This document shows positions 17,822-28,299 of a DNA stretch of 64,000 bases, one piece after another. A program made the position numbers and the translations under genes. The stretch is from contig OZ244744.1 in the NCBI GenBank assembly GCA_965219455.1, positions 832,001 to 896,000 of the forward strand. The letters run 5' to 3'. The DNA is from Candidatus Latescibacterota bacterium (lineage in GTDB: Bacteria > Latescibacterota > UBA2968 > GCA-2709665). The notes beneath the pieces are model-generated. The model was not told the origin of the DNA and did not search any database. It saw only the letters and a list, made by a program, of their open reading frames with translations. Numbering within the stretch: the first letter of the stretch is position 1; every line of letters begins with the position of its first letter.

Positions 17822-18589
17822 ATGCCTCGTATCATTGCCATTGCCAACCAGAAAGGCGGCGTCGGAAAAACCACCACAGCGGTGAACCTCTCCGCTTGCC
17901 TGGCGGCTGCAGAAAAGAAGACCCTACTCGTCGACCTGGACCCGCAGTCCAACGCCACCAGCGGTTTTGGCGTGTCGGTGGCTCGAGAGGATCCGTGCAT
18001 CTACGAAGTACTCCTCCAGGAGTACCCGCTTTCTGACATCACCCGGGAAACCGAGATTCCCTACCTGAACGTGGCCCCCTCGCATATGCGCCTCACCGGG
18101 GCCGAAGTCGAAATGGTCAACCTCGGCGCCCGCGAGCACCGGCTCCGGGCTGCCCTGGAAAACGCTGGCGAAAGCTACGATTTCCTGTTGATCGATTGCC
18201 CGCCGTCCCTGGGGTTGCTTACCCTGAACGCGCTCACCGCCGCCGGCTCCGTGCTCATTCCGATACAGTGCGAATATTATGCCCTGGAAGGTGTGGGCAA
18301 ACTGTTGAATACGCTGAGACTGGTTCGGCGCCATCTGAATCCCCCGCTCAGAATCGAGGGCGTGCTGCTCACGATGTTCGACACCCGGCTTAATCTCTCC
18401 CGACAGGTCGTAGATGAGGCCCGCCACCACTTCGGAGAGCGGGTTTACAACACCATCATCGGCCGAAACGTCAAGCTCGGCGAGGCGCCCAGTTTCGGCA
18501 AACCCATCATTCTGTACGATATTATGTCTCAAGGGGCCCGGAATTACATGAGTCTTGCCGGGGAGGTAATCAACCATGGCCAAGCGTAA
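17822..18589 (+). CDS. parA: Chromosome partitioning ATPase ParA/Soj
   Basis: NQKGGVGKTTT, DLDPQSNAT, DCPPSLG, QCEYYALEG, EAPSFG. Confidence 0.96.
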   Translation: MPRIIAIANQKGGVGKTTTAVNLSACLAAAEKKTLLVDLDPQSNATSGFGVSVAREDPCIYEVLLQEYPLSDITRETEIPYLNVAPSHMRLTGAEVEMVNLGAREHRLRAALENAGESYDFLLIDCPPSLGLLTLNALTAAGSVLIPIQCEYYALEGVGKLLNTLRLVRRHLNPPLRIEGVLLTMFDTRLNLSRQVVDEARHHFGERVYNTIIGRNVKLGEAPSFGKPIILYDIMSQGARNYMSLAGEVINHGQA

Positions 18590-19481
18590 CGCCCTGGGCA
18601 GAGGCCTGGGCGCCCTCATCCCCGGCGCTGACGAATCACCACTGGAGCGGCCCGTGGGGTCATCGGAGACGGGTGACCTCCACCCGGGCGCGCGGATGCT
18701 CGAGATAGGCATTGGAGATCTCGAGCCCAACACACACCAGCCCCGGGCGGATTTCGATCCGGACGCCGTCCAGGAATTGGCGGACTCGATCAAGGAAAAA
18801 GGGGTCATTCAGCCCGTTGTCGTTCGACGCTGCGGTTCCGGATATCAGCTCATCGCCGGCGAGCGCCGCCTCCGCGCCGCGAAACTGGCGGGCCTGGAGA
18901 CCATCCCCGCCATCCTGCTGGACGTGGGATCCGATCAGGAGATGATGGAAATCTCCCTGATCGAAAACGTACAGCGGGAAGACCTGAATCCGATCGAAGA
19001 AGCCAGAGCATACAGGGCCCTGATGGAATCCTGTTTCCTGACCCAGGAAGAGGTGGCCGAGAAAGTCGGCAAAAACAGATCCACCGTTACCAACACGCTG
19101 CGCCTTCTCCACCTCACGGAAGGGGTCAGAAACGCCCTCCAGGACAAACAGATTTCCATGGGGCACGCCCGCGCTCTCCTGGGCCTGTCGGACGACCGCC
19201 TGCAGGCGAATCTTTGCAGGAAAATTGTCGCCGACGGCCTTTCCGTAAGGCAGGTTGAAAACCTTGTCAAGGCCGGTAGAGAAGGGCGCAGTGAACCACC
19301 CAGGTCCCTGCCCCGGAGCAAAGATCCTCAGACCCTTTCGCTGGAAGAAGACCTTCAGCGCAGGTTTGGCACGGGGGTGAATATCAATCGCCGGGGCAAG
19401 AAGGGAAAAATCGAAATCGCGTTCTACACAGATAACGACCTTGAGCGCATCCTGGACCTCCTCCGGGAAACGTCGTACTGA
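18576..19481 (+). CDS. parB: Chromosome partitioning protein ParB/Spo0J
   Basis: LGRGLGALI, QPR, GERRLRA, ENVQREDL, HTH, GHARALL. Confidence 0.96.
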   Translation: MAKRNALGRGLGALIPGADESPLERPVGSSETGDLHPGARMLEIGIGDLEPNTHQPRADFDPDAVQELADSIKEKGVIQPVVVRRCGSGYQLIAGERRLRAAKLAGLETIPAILLDVGSDQEMMEISLIENVQREDLNPIEEARAYRALMESCFLTQEEVAEKVGKNRSTVTNTLRLLHLTEGVRNALQDKQISMGHARALLGLSDDRLQANLCRKIVADGLSVRQVENLVKAGREGRSEPPRSLPRSKDPQTLSLEEDLQRRFGTGVNINRRGKKGKIEIAFYTDNDLERILDLLRETSY

Positions 19482-19518
19482 CGTCGACCGCCCACCGAAG
19501 ATCCCGCCCAGGGGCAGC

Positions 19519-20451
19519 ATGCTCGGAAATTTCCTGGAAAAATTCAAACGTGGCCTCTCAAAAACCCGAGAGGGGCTGTCGGGAAAAATCAGCGAGGTCC
19601 TGCGCCGCAGCCCCAGACTGGATGATGAAGCCCTGGAGGAGATTGAAGAAATCCTCATACGGGCAGACGTGGGTGTCAACGCGACGCTGCGAATCATCGA
19701 CCGTCTTCGGGAACGCCTTCAGCGAGGGTCGGCGCCGGAAGGGACGGAAGAATGGGTCCGCGGCCGGCTCGAGACCGAACTGCTGGAGATCCTCCGGGCC
19801 GTTCAGCCCCCATCCCTGGCGCCTCCCCGGGCCAGGCCTCACGTTATCCTGGTTGCCGGTGTCAACGGATCGGGCAAAACGACCACGATCGGCAAGCTGG
19901 CATGCCGGTACGGCGCGCGGGGCAACCGAGTACTCCTTGCCGCCTGCGACACCTTTCGGGCCGCCGCGATCGAACAGCTATCGATCTGGGCCGAGCGTTC
20001 CGGCGCGGACATCGTACGCCACCGGCCCGGCGCGGACGCCGCCTCAGTGGCCTTCGACGCCCTTGCCGCCGCCCGATCCCGCGATATGGACGTCGTCATT
20101 ATCGACACCGCGGGGCGCCTGCACACCAGCATAAATCTGATGGAGGAACTCAAGAAAATCTGTCGCGTCCTGGGAAAATGCCTGCAGGGCGCCCCCCACG
20201 AAACCCTGCTGGTCCTGGACGCCACCACGGGACAGAACGCCGTCGCCCAGGCCCGCCAATTCCACGCGGACATCGGAATTACCGGTCTTGTTCTGGCCAA
20301 ATTGGATGGCACGGCCAGGGGCGGCGTTGTCATTGCCATTGCCGACGAACTCGGTCTCCCCGTTCGTATGGTCGGCCTGGGTGAAGGCCAGGATGATCTG
20401 AGTGACTTTGAACCGGAGGCCTTCGTCACGGCTCTCTTCGAAGGCGACTAG
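19519..20451 (+). CDS. ftsY: Signal recognition particle receptor FtsY
   Basis: GVNGSGKTTTIGKLA, DTFRAAA, DTAGR, DATTGQN, KLDGTARGG. Confidence 0.96.
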   Translation: MLGNFLEKFKRGLSKTREGLSGKISEVLRRSPRLDDEALEEIEEILIRADVGVNATLRIIDRLRERLQRGSAPEGTEEWVRGRLETELLEILRAVQPPSLAPPRARPHVILVAGVNGSGKTTTIGKLACRYGARGNRVLLAACDTFRAAAIEQLSIWAERSGADIVRHRPGADAASVAFDALAAARSRDMDVVIIDTAGRLHTSINLMEELKKICRVLGKCLQGAPHETLLVLDATTGQNAVAQARQFHADIGITGLVLAKLDGTARGGVVIAIADELGLPVRMVGLGEGQDDLSDFEPEAFVTALFEGD

Positions 20452-20457
20452 CACGAT

Positions 20458-21636
20458 ATGACGCATATTTACTTTGACAACCAGGCCACCACGCCGGTCG
20501 ACCCGAGGGTAATGGACGCCATGCTGCCCTATTTCAAGGCGGAATTCGGCAATGCGGCCAGCCGTACCCACAGCTTCGGGTGGACCGCTGAAGCAGCGGT
20601 GGACCGGGCGCGGGAACAGGCCGCGGAACTGATCCATGCCGACGCCAGGGAGATCATTTTCACCAGCGGCGCCACCGAATCGGACAACCTGGCCATTAAG
20701 GGCGTGGCCTCGGTGCACCGGGAGAAGGGCGGGCACCTCGTCACCCAGGCCACCGAACACCACGCCGTCCTCGATTCGTGCAAAGCGCTTGAACGGCGGG
20801 GTTTCGACGTTACCGTCCTGCCCGTAGACCGTTACGGCCAGATCGCACCGGGAACCGTCTCGGACGCGATCCGCGAAAACACCGTGCTTGTCTCCATTAT
20901 GGCGGCCAACAACGAAATCGGCACCGTGCAGCCCCTGGGCGAAATTGGAGCCATCTGCAGGGAACGGAACATCCTCTTCCACTGCGACGCCGCTCAGGCC
21001 GTGGGTAAGTTACCCATCGACGTGCATACCCTCGGCATTGACCTGCTCTCGATATCCGCCCACAAATTGTACGGCCCCAAAGGCGTGGGCGCGCTCTACG
21101 TTCGCGGCCGACCACGGGTGCGCCTCGTTGCGGAAATCGACGGGGGCGGCCACGAACGCGGCATGCGCTCGGGTACGCTAAACGTCCCGGGCATTGTGGG
21201 TCTCGGCGCGGCCTGCGAACTTGCGCACGCGGAAATGGCCGCTGAAGGGACCCGCGTCCGGGCGTTGCGCGAACGACTGAGAACACGTCTGTTCGACGGC
21301 CTGGACGATATTTATCTCAATGGACATCCGGACAAGCGACTGGATGGTAACCTGAACATCAGCTTCGAAGGCGTGGAGGGCGAGAGTCTGCTTGTGGGCC
21401 TTGGTGAAATCGCGCTCTCGTCCGGATCCGCCTGCACCTCGGCGGCGCTGGAACCCTCCTACGTGCTGCGGGCGCTGGGGATGCCGAACCGCCTGGCCGA
21501 AAGCAGCATCCGCTTTGGTCTGGGCAGGTTCAACACCGAAGCCGAGATTGACCACGTGGCCGGCCGAGTCATCGAGGAAGTCGGACGCCTGCGAGAAATT
21601 TCACCATACTCCAACGCAAAGCAACGGCGCAGGTAA
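20458..21636 (+). CDS. iscS: Cysteine desulfurase (IscS/NifS group I)
   Basis: [41 protein letters not shown]. Confidence 0.95.
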   Translation: MTHIYFDNQATTPVDPRVMDAMLPYFKAEFGNAASRTHSFGWTAEAAVDRAREQAAELIHADAREIIFTSGATESDNLAIKGVASVHREKGGHLVTQATEHHAVLDSCKALERRGFDVTVLPVDRYGQIAPGTVSDAIRENTVLVSIMAANNEIGTVQPLGEIGAICRERNILFHCDAAQAVGKLPIDVHTLGIDLLSISAHKLYGPKGVGALYVRGRPRVRLVAEIDGGGHERGMRSGTLNVPGIVGLGAACELAHAEMAAEGTRVRALRERLRTRLFDGLDDIYLNGHPDKRLDGNLNISFEGVEGESLLVGLGEIALSSGSACTSAALEPSYVLRALGMPNRLAESSIRFGLGRFNTEAEIDHVAGRVIEEVGRLREISPYSNAKQRRR

Positions 21637-21696
21637 CGCGTCCTGAAATACAGATCCCGAAACCTCAGAACTTAATTCCCATCAAGGACCGAACCC

Positions 21697-22515
21697 ATGC
21701 AAATTCCGCCCGGCATGCCGAAACCCCGCCCCATCCCCGAGGTCGAGCACATTGTAGCCGTTTCCAGCGGCAAGGGAGGCGTGGGTAAAACCACCGTCAG
21801 CGTGAACCTGTCCGTCGCCCTCGCGCGCCAGGGGCAGGCCGTTGGACTGCTCGACGCCGACATCTACGGGCCCAACGTCCCCATGATGCTGGGCGCCACG
21901 GAGCAACCCCGGGCGGTGAGCGGCAAGATCATCCCGCTCGAAAACCATGGCGTCAAATTGATGTCTCTCGGGCTCATCGCCGGCGAGGACGCACCCGTGA
22001 TCTGGCGCGGCCCTATCGTGGGAAAGATGATCCAACAGTTCATGTCCGACGTCGCCTGGGGCGCGCTTGATTTCCTCGTTGTCGACCTTCCGCCGGGAAC
22101 CGGTGACGCCCAACTCACCCTCGCGCAAACCGTTCCGCTAAGCGGCGCGGTCATTGTCACCACGCCGCAGGACGTCGCGCTTGAAGACGTCACTCGAGGC
22201 ATCGAGATGTTCCGGAAGTTAGACGTTCCCATCCTCGGCGCCGTCGAAAACATGAGCGGCTTTATATGTCCATGCTGCGGCGAGCGGGCGCCAATCTTCG
22301 GGGATGGCGGCGGCGACAAGATCGCCATGCACTTCAACATCCCGGTGCTGGGCCGGCTGCCCATTCTGCCGGCCATTCGCGAAGGCGGCGACACCGGCAA
22401 TCCGATTGCCGCACAGGAATCCGACGAGACACAAACCTTCCTCGAAATCGCACAGATGATCGTGGATCAGATCGACACCTTTGAACAACCGGGACCTCAA
22501 ATTACCATTTCGTGA
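21697..22515 (+). CDS. mrp: Mrp/ApbC/NBP35 Fe-S carrier ATPase
   Basis: SGKGGVGKTT, DADIYGP, WRGP, DLPPGTGD, ENMS..CPCC. Confidence 0.94.
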   Translation: MQIPPGMPKPRPIPEVEHIVAVSSGKGGVGKTTVSVNLSVALARQGQAVGLLDADIYGPNVPMMLGATEQPRAVSGKIIPLENHGVKLMSLGLIAGEDAPVIWRGPIVGKMIQQFMSDVAWGALDFLVVDLPPGTGDAQLTLAQTVPLSGAVIVTTPQDVALEDVTRGIEMFRKLDVPILGAVENMSGFICPCCGERAPIFGDGGGDKIAMHFNIPVLGRLPILPAIREGGDTGNPIAAQESDETQTFLEIAQMIVDQIDTFEQPGPQITIS

Positions 22516-22707
22516 AATATACGGAGCCGGACAAACGGCGATTCCGATCCATACGCTCGAGTGCCCGAAACGCGAAACATGAATTCGGACCGATTCTCTC
22601 CCGGACACTCGTCTTGAACGCCGGACGCCGTCATTAAATTTTGCGTTCCCGGCGGGAATTGGATACATTATCTGTACGTGAATCCAACCACTCTGCACCG
22701 GGGGAAT

Positions 22708-23889
22708 ATGATGAGCACGGCATTTGAAACCCTTATGGAAACCGTCAGGAGCGAGGTCCGGGGCATTTCGCCTGAAGACGCCCGGAAGCGGCTGGACAGC
22801 GTCCTGCTGCTGGACGTAAGGGAACGGGAGGACTACGCCCTGGGTTATATTTCGGGCGCCGAGAACCTCTCCAGGGGATTCCTCGAACTGCGTATCGAAA
22901 CCGTGGCGAACGACCGCTCAACCGCCATTCTCGTCTACGGCGACGATAACCAGGGACCCCTGGCGGCGCGAGACCTGCACAATATGGGATATGAAAACGT
23001 CGTCTACCTTAAGGGCGGCTTCGACGCCTGGGTGGCGGCGGGCTTGCCGGTTCAGCGCGACAGAGCGCTCACCAAGGCCGAGGTCCAGCGTTACTCAAGG
23101 CACCTCCTGGTGCCCGAAGTGGGTGAAAAGGGGCAGGGAAAGTTGCTGGAGGCAAAGGTCCTGATGGTCGGCGCCGGCGGCCTCGGATGTCCCGCGGCCT
23201 ACTATCTCGCCGCGGCCGGCGTTGGCACCCTGGGGATTGTGGACGCGGACGTGGTGGACCTCACCAATCTCCAACGACAGATCCTGCACGGCACATCCGA
23301 CGTGGGCAGGCCGAAAGCCATCTCCGCGCGGGAAACCCTTCAAGACCTGAACCCCGGCTGCAAGGTGGTCCCGTATGTCGAATTCCTCAATTCCGAAAAT
23401 GTGATGGACATCATCGCGGACTACGACATTGTGGTGAACGGCTGCGACAACTTTCCCACGCGCTATATGGTCAACGACGCCTGCGTGTTCGCGCGTAAGC
23501 CCATCGTAGACGGAAGCATATTTCGTTTCGAGGGCCAGGTGACCATCTATCCCTGCGATCTGGAGGGTCCGTGCTACCGCTGTCTCTATCCTGAACCGCC
23601 GCCCGCCGAACTGGCGCCGTCGTGCGCCGAAGCGGGGGTTCTGGGCGTACTTCCGGGCACGGTGGGCCTGATTCAGGCTACCGAAGTGGTCAAGCTGATT
23701 CTTGGCCAGGGCGAACCGCTTATCGGCAGATTGCTCATGTACGATGCGCTGGCCATGAGTTTCCGGACTTTTAAAATTCGCCGCGACACCGCCTGTCCGG
23801 TCTGTGGCGACAATCCCGAGGTTACCGAACTCATCGACTACGTCGCCTTCTGCAACGGCGTTACGCAACACGCCGCCGCGGACGATTGA
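22708..23889 (+). CDS. moeB: Rhodanese-MoeB/ThiF fusion (MoeZ-like sulfur-carrier adenylyltransferase)
   Basis: N-terminal rhodanese fold (LLDVRE, LKGGFDAW); RYSRH, GAGGLG, NLQRQ, CYRC, SCAEAGV, CPVC. Confidence 0.92.
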   Translation: MMSTAFETLMETVRSEVRGISPEDARKRLDSVLLLDVREREDYALGYISGAENLSRGFLELRIETVANDRSTAILVYGDDNQGPLAARDLHNMGYENVVYLKGGFDAWVAAGLPVQRDRALTKAEVQRYSRHLLVPEVGEKGQGKLLEAKVLMVGAGGLGCPAAYYLAAAGVGTLGIVDADVVDLTNLQRQILHGTSDVGRPKAISARETLQDLNPGCKVVPYVEFLNSENVMDIIADYDIVVNGCDNFPTRYMVNDACVFARKPIVDGSIFRFEGQVTIYPCDLEGPCYRCLYPEPPPAELAPSCAEAGVLGVLPGTVGLIQATEVVKLILGQGEPLIGRLLMYDALAMSFRTFKIRRDTACPVCGDNPEVTELIDYVAFCNGVTQHAAADD

Positions 23890-23912
23890 GTCGCCGGAAC
23901 GGCAATTCATGC

Positions 23913-23953
23913 AAAAAGAAGCGCGCCCTGTTCGGGGCGCGCTTCTTTTTTTT
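23913..23953. terminator. Bidirectional terminator between moeB and groEL
   Basis: AAAAAGAAGCGCGCCC-TGTTCG-GGGCGCGCTTCTTTTTTT. Confidence 0.92.
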
Positions 23954-23986
23954 CTCCTCCGCTCTGGGAGAGCAGACCATGCTTCT

Positions 23987-25630
<1,644 letters not shown>

Positions 25631-25644
25631 TTAAAGGAATCGCC

Positions 25645-25941
25645 TTATTCTTCAATAATCGCCAGGATATCGCTCTCGGACATAATGAGATGATCCTCGT
25701 CGTCCAGCCGCACCTCGGTGCCGGAATATTTGCCGTAAAGCACCACGTCGCCGGATGACACGGACAGCGCGATCCTGTTGCCGGAATCGTCCAGTTTGCC
25801 GTCTCCGACGGCCACGACTTCACCGCGCTGAGGCTTCTCTTTTGCCGTGTCAGGAATAATAATGCCGCCCTTCACCTGCTCTTCTTCTTCCTGGGGCCTG
25901 ACCAGCACACGATCTCCCAGCGGCTTCACCTTGACTGCCAT
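25645..25941 (-). CDS. groS: Co-chaperonin GroES
   Basis: [29 protein letters not shown]. Confidence 0.99.
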   Translation of the reverse strand: MAVKVKPLGDRVLVRPQEEEEQVKGGIIIPDTAKEKPQRGEVVAVGDGKLDDSGNRIALSVSSGDVVLYGKYSGTEVRLDDEDHLIMSESDILAIIEE

Positions 25942-26014
25942 GTCTCTAACCTCCTTGAAAAAATGAGACGGGATCGGCGTTAAATTTATTGATTTTAATT
26001 GCTTAACGTCGTTG

Positions 26015-26079
26015 TTGGCACTCTGACTTGTTGAGTGCTAACAATCAACCAATATATCAAACTGGCGTATTCTTGGCAA
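26015..26079 (-). promoter_or_regulatory. CIRCE element (HrcA operator) and groESL promoter
   Basis: Minus strand TTAGCACTC-N9-GAGTGCCAA at 26015-26041; TTGCCA-17 nt-TATATT at 26051-26079. Confidence 0.92.
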
Positions 26080-26104
26080 GAAAAATCTGGCAGATACAAA
26101 ATAA

Positions 26105-26132
26105 CACCGGGCCTTCCTGGGAAGACCCGGTG
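26105..26132 (-). terminator. Probable sodN terminator hairpin
   Basis: CACCGGG..CTTCC-TG-GGAAG..CCCGGTG with a T-rich tail on the minus strand. Confidence 0.55.
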
Positions 26133-26175
26133 CAAATTTTCTTTTGGATCCAGGGCATTTGGAGCCCGTAGCGCT

Positions 26176-26637
26176 TCATTTCCGGTTGTACAGCGCCTGG
26201 AACGCCTGCAGTAGTTCTCGCGATTTCTTCACGTGGGCAGTGTCGGTGGTCTGCTTGCATTTCATCGCCGAAACGATCATTTGATGAAGCAATGCCAGTT
26301 TCTTGGAATAGGCCTTCTGTGAGGTCGGATCGTCGCCCGCGGGCGCCTTGATGCGCTGCGCCAGGAAGTACTGCGCCACAATCTCACGAATGTGATCCGC
26401 ATGAGTTTCTTTGTTATTCACCCACCTCACCAGCTGATTCATGTTCTTGCCCGCTTCGGGCGAAAGCTGGATGATCTGGTTCATTGACTTCTCAATGGTC
26501 TTCAGATTCTCCTCGATAGTCGCAAACCTGGCCGCGTCGCCATAGATCCCACAGGGGATTTCACAGTGCGCAAACGTCGAGCCGTACAAAGTCAGCAGAA
26601 AAAGCGGGAGGAGAATTACCGGAACCAGACGTCTCAT
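26176..26637 (-). CDS. sodN: Nickel superoxide dismutase precursor
   Basis: Nickel hook HCEIPCGIY directly after a hydrophobic signal ending STFA; AAGGAG RBS. Confidence 0.93.
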   Translation of the reverse strand: MRRLVPVILLPLFLLTLYGSTFAHCEIPCGIYGDAARFATIEENLKTIEKSMNQIIQLSPEAGKNMNQLVRWVNNKETHADHIREIVAQYFLAQRIKAPAGDDPTSQKAYSKKLALLHQMIVSAMKCKQTTDTAHVKKSRELLQAFQALYNRK

Positions 26638-26679
26638 AACGAAGCTCCTTTGGTGATTTATTTCCGGGAATGGACACTA

Positions 26680-27901
26680 GTACCTATTGACTTCTAAACC
26701 TGCGCGTGCCTATAGTATGATGTCTCCCCTGAAGACGAAGGAGCCATCGGCATGCCAAAGAAATACGTTGTACGTCTGACGCCCGAAGAACGGGAGCGTC
26801 TGCAGGATCTGGTAAGCAAAGGCAAGACGCAAGCCTACCGAATAAGGCACGCTCACGTACTTCTCAAGGCCGATGCAGAGGGTCCGGCCTGGCTGGATCG
26901 GCAGATCACGGAGGCCTTTTCGTGCAATCGGTCTACGGTTGAGGGCATCCGGAAGCGTTTTGTGTTGGAGGGACTGGATTCGGCCCTTGAGCGAAAGAAG
27001 CGAGCCCATCCTCCCACGGAAAGAAAGCTTGATGGTGCTAAGGAAGCCCGATTGATCGCGTTGGCTTGCAGTGAACCACCAAAGGGACATAAGCGGTGGA
27101 CGCTGAAGCTGCTGGCCGATGAGCTCGTGGCCCTGGAGATCATCGATAGCATCTCATACCGAACGGTGCAGCGGACGCTTAAAAAAACAAACTTAGGCCT
27201 CACCTGAGAACGTGCTGGGTGATTCCGCCCAAGCAAAACGCCGCGTTTGTCGCCGCGATGGAGGATATCTTGGACGTGTATCAGCGGCCGTACGACGCCA
27301 AGAGGCCCGTTGTCAATATGGACGAACACCCGGTCCAGTTGGTCAAGGAGACGCGTCTTCCGGTAGCAACACGTCCGGGCAAACCTGAACGCTACGACTA
27401 CGAGTATGAACGTAACGGAACAGCCGTGAACTTCATGTTCACCGAACCGCTTTCGGGTTGGCGCAAGGTCCGTGTAAGAGAACGCAAGACCGCGGTGGAC
27501 TGGGCCCAAGAGATCAAGGATCTCCTTGATACTCACTACCGTGAAGCCGAAACCGTCGTCTTGGTGTGTGATAACCTCAACACACACACGCCCGCGGCAC
27601 TCTACAAGGCGTTCTCACCCGAAGAAGCGCGCCGTCTGGCCAAGCGTCTCGAAATCCACTACACGCCGAAACACGGGAGCTGGCTCAACATCGCCGAGAT
27701 CGAACTCAGCGTCTTGAGCAACCAATGCTTGAAGGAACGCATCGCCGATATCGAATCACTCAAAGAGCAGACTTCCGCCTGGACCAATGATCGCAACAAC
27801 AAAAGCAAGGCTGTCCATTGGCGGTTCACCACGGACGATGCTCGGATCAAACTGAGAAAACTGTATCCAGACTACGCCGCGCTTTAGCCGTCAAAGGGTA
27901 C
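26680..27901 (+). mobile_element. IS630-family insertion sequence
   Basis: Imperfect terminal IRs GTACCTATTGAC / GTCAAAGGGTAC; flanked by TA within CTAG; two-ORF transposase. Confidence 0.92.
26752..27887 (+). CDS. IS630 transposase (OrfA 26752-27207 plus OrfB, joined by a probable -1 frameshift)
   Basis: HTH OrfA (RWTLKLLA); A7C run at 27181-27188 gives LKKNKLRPHL..WVIPP in the -1 frame; DDE residues in MDE, CDNLNTH, WLNIAEIE. Confidence 0.9.
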
Positions 27902-28069
27902 TAGTGTTCTGTCCCAGAAATAGGTTGCCTAAATTCGGCCGTCGAGTCGCCCGGCTCGCAAGGCGCCAGAGCGCAGGCGACCTGCGTAAGTTCGGCGAGC
28001 GAAGGCAACGCCGCGAGACGGGATGAATCGGCGGGAGAATGGTTAGATATTTTTGGGACAGGACACTAG
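27901..28069. mobile_element. Non-autonomous MITE with ~22-bp terminal IRs
   Basis: CTAGTGTTCTGTCCCAGAAATA ... TATTTTTGGGACAGGACACTAG; no credible ORF. Confidence 0.8.
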
Positions 28070-28147
28070 ACCCGATTAGCCCGAATGAACCGCGCCAACA
28101 CCTCCTTCTCTCTTTGTGCAGGTTTCGTTTTTCTTGCCTATTTATTT

Positions 28148-28176
28148 TTGATTTTCTTTGTGCTAACCTATATATT
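28148..28176 (+). promoter_or_regulatory. Putative rnr promoter
   Basis: TTGATT-17 nt-TATATT in an AT-rich tract. Confidence 0.45.
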
Positions 28177-28299
28177 AAATGTAAACCCTGACGGTCGCAC
28201 AAAGTTAAGGAATTCGCCTCTCCGCATCAAGAAAATAGCGATGACGCCGACGCCTCAGGATGGTTTCAGGATCTACCGCGCCCGGGATGGAATATCGCC

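Noticed and set aside
17540-19500. parS sites or oriC near parAB
   Set aside because: No convincing TGTTTCACGTGAAACA-like palindrome or DnaA-box cluster seen by eye; no dnaA in the window
27181-27219. IS630 transposase as a frameshifted pseudogene
   Set aside because: An A-run at the OrfA/OrfB junction is the usual programmed frameshift site; IRs and DDE residues are intact
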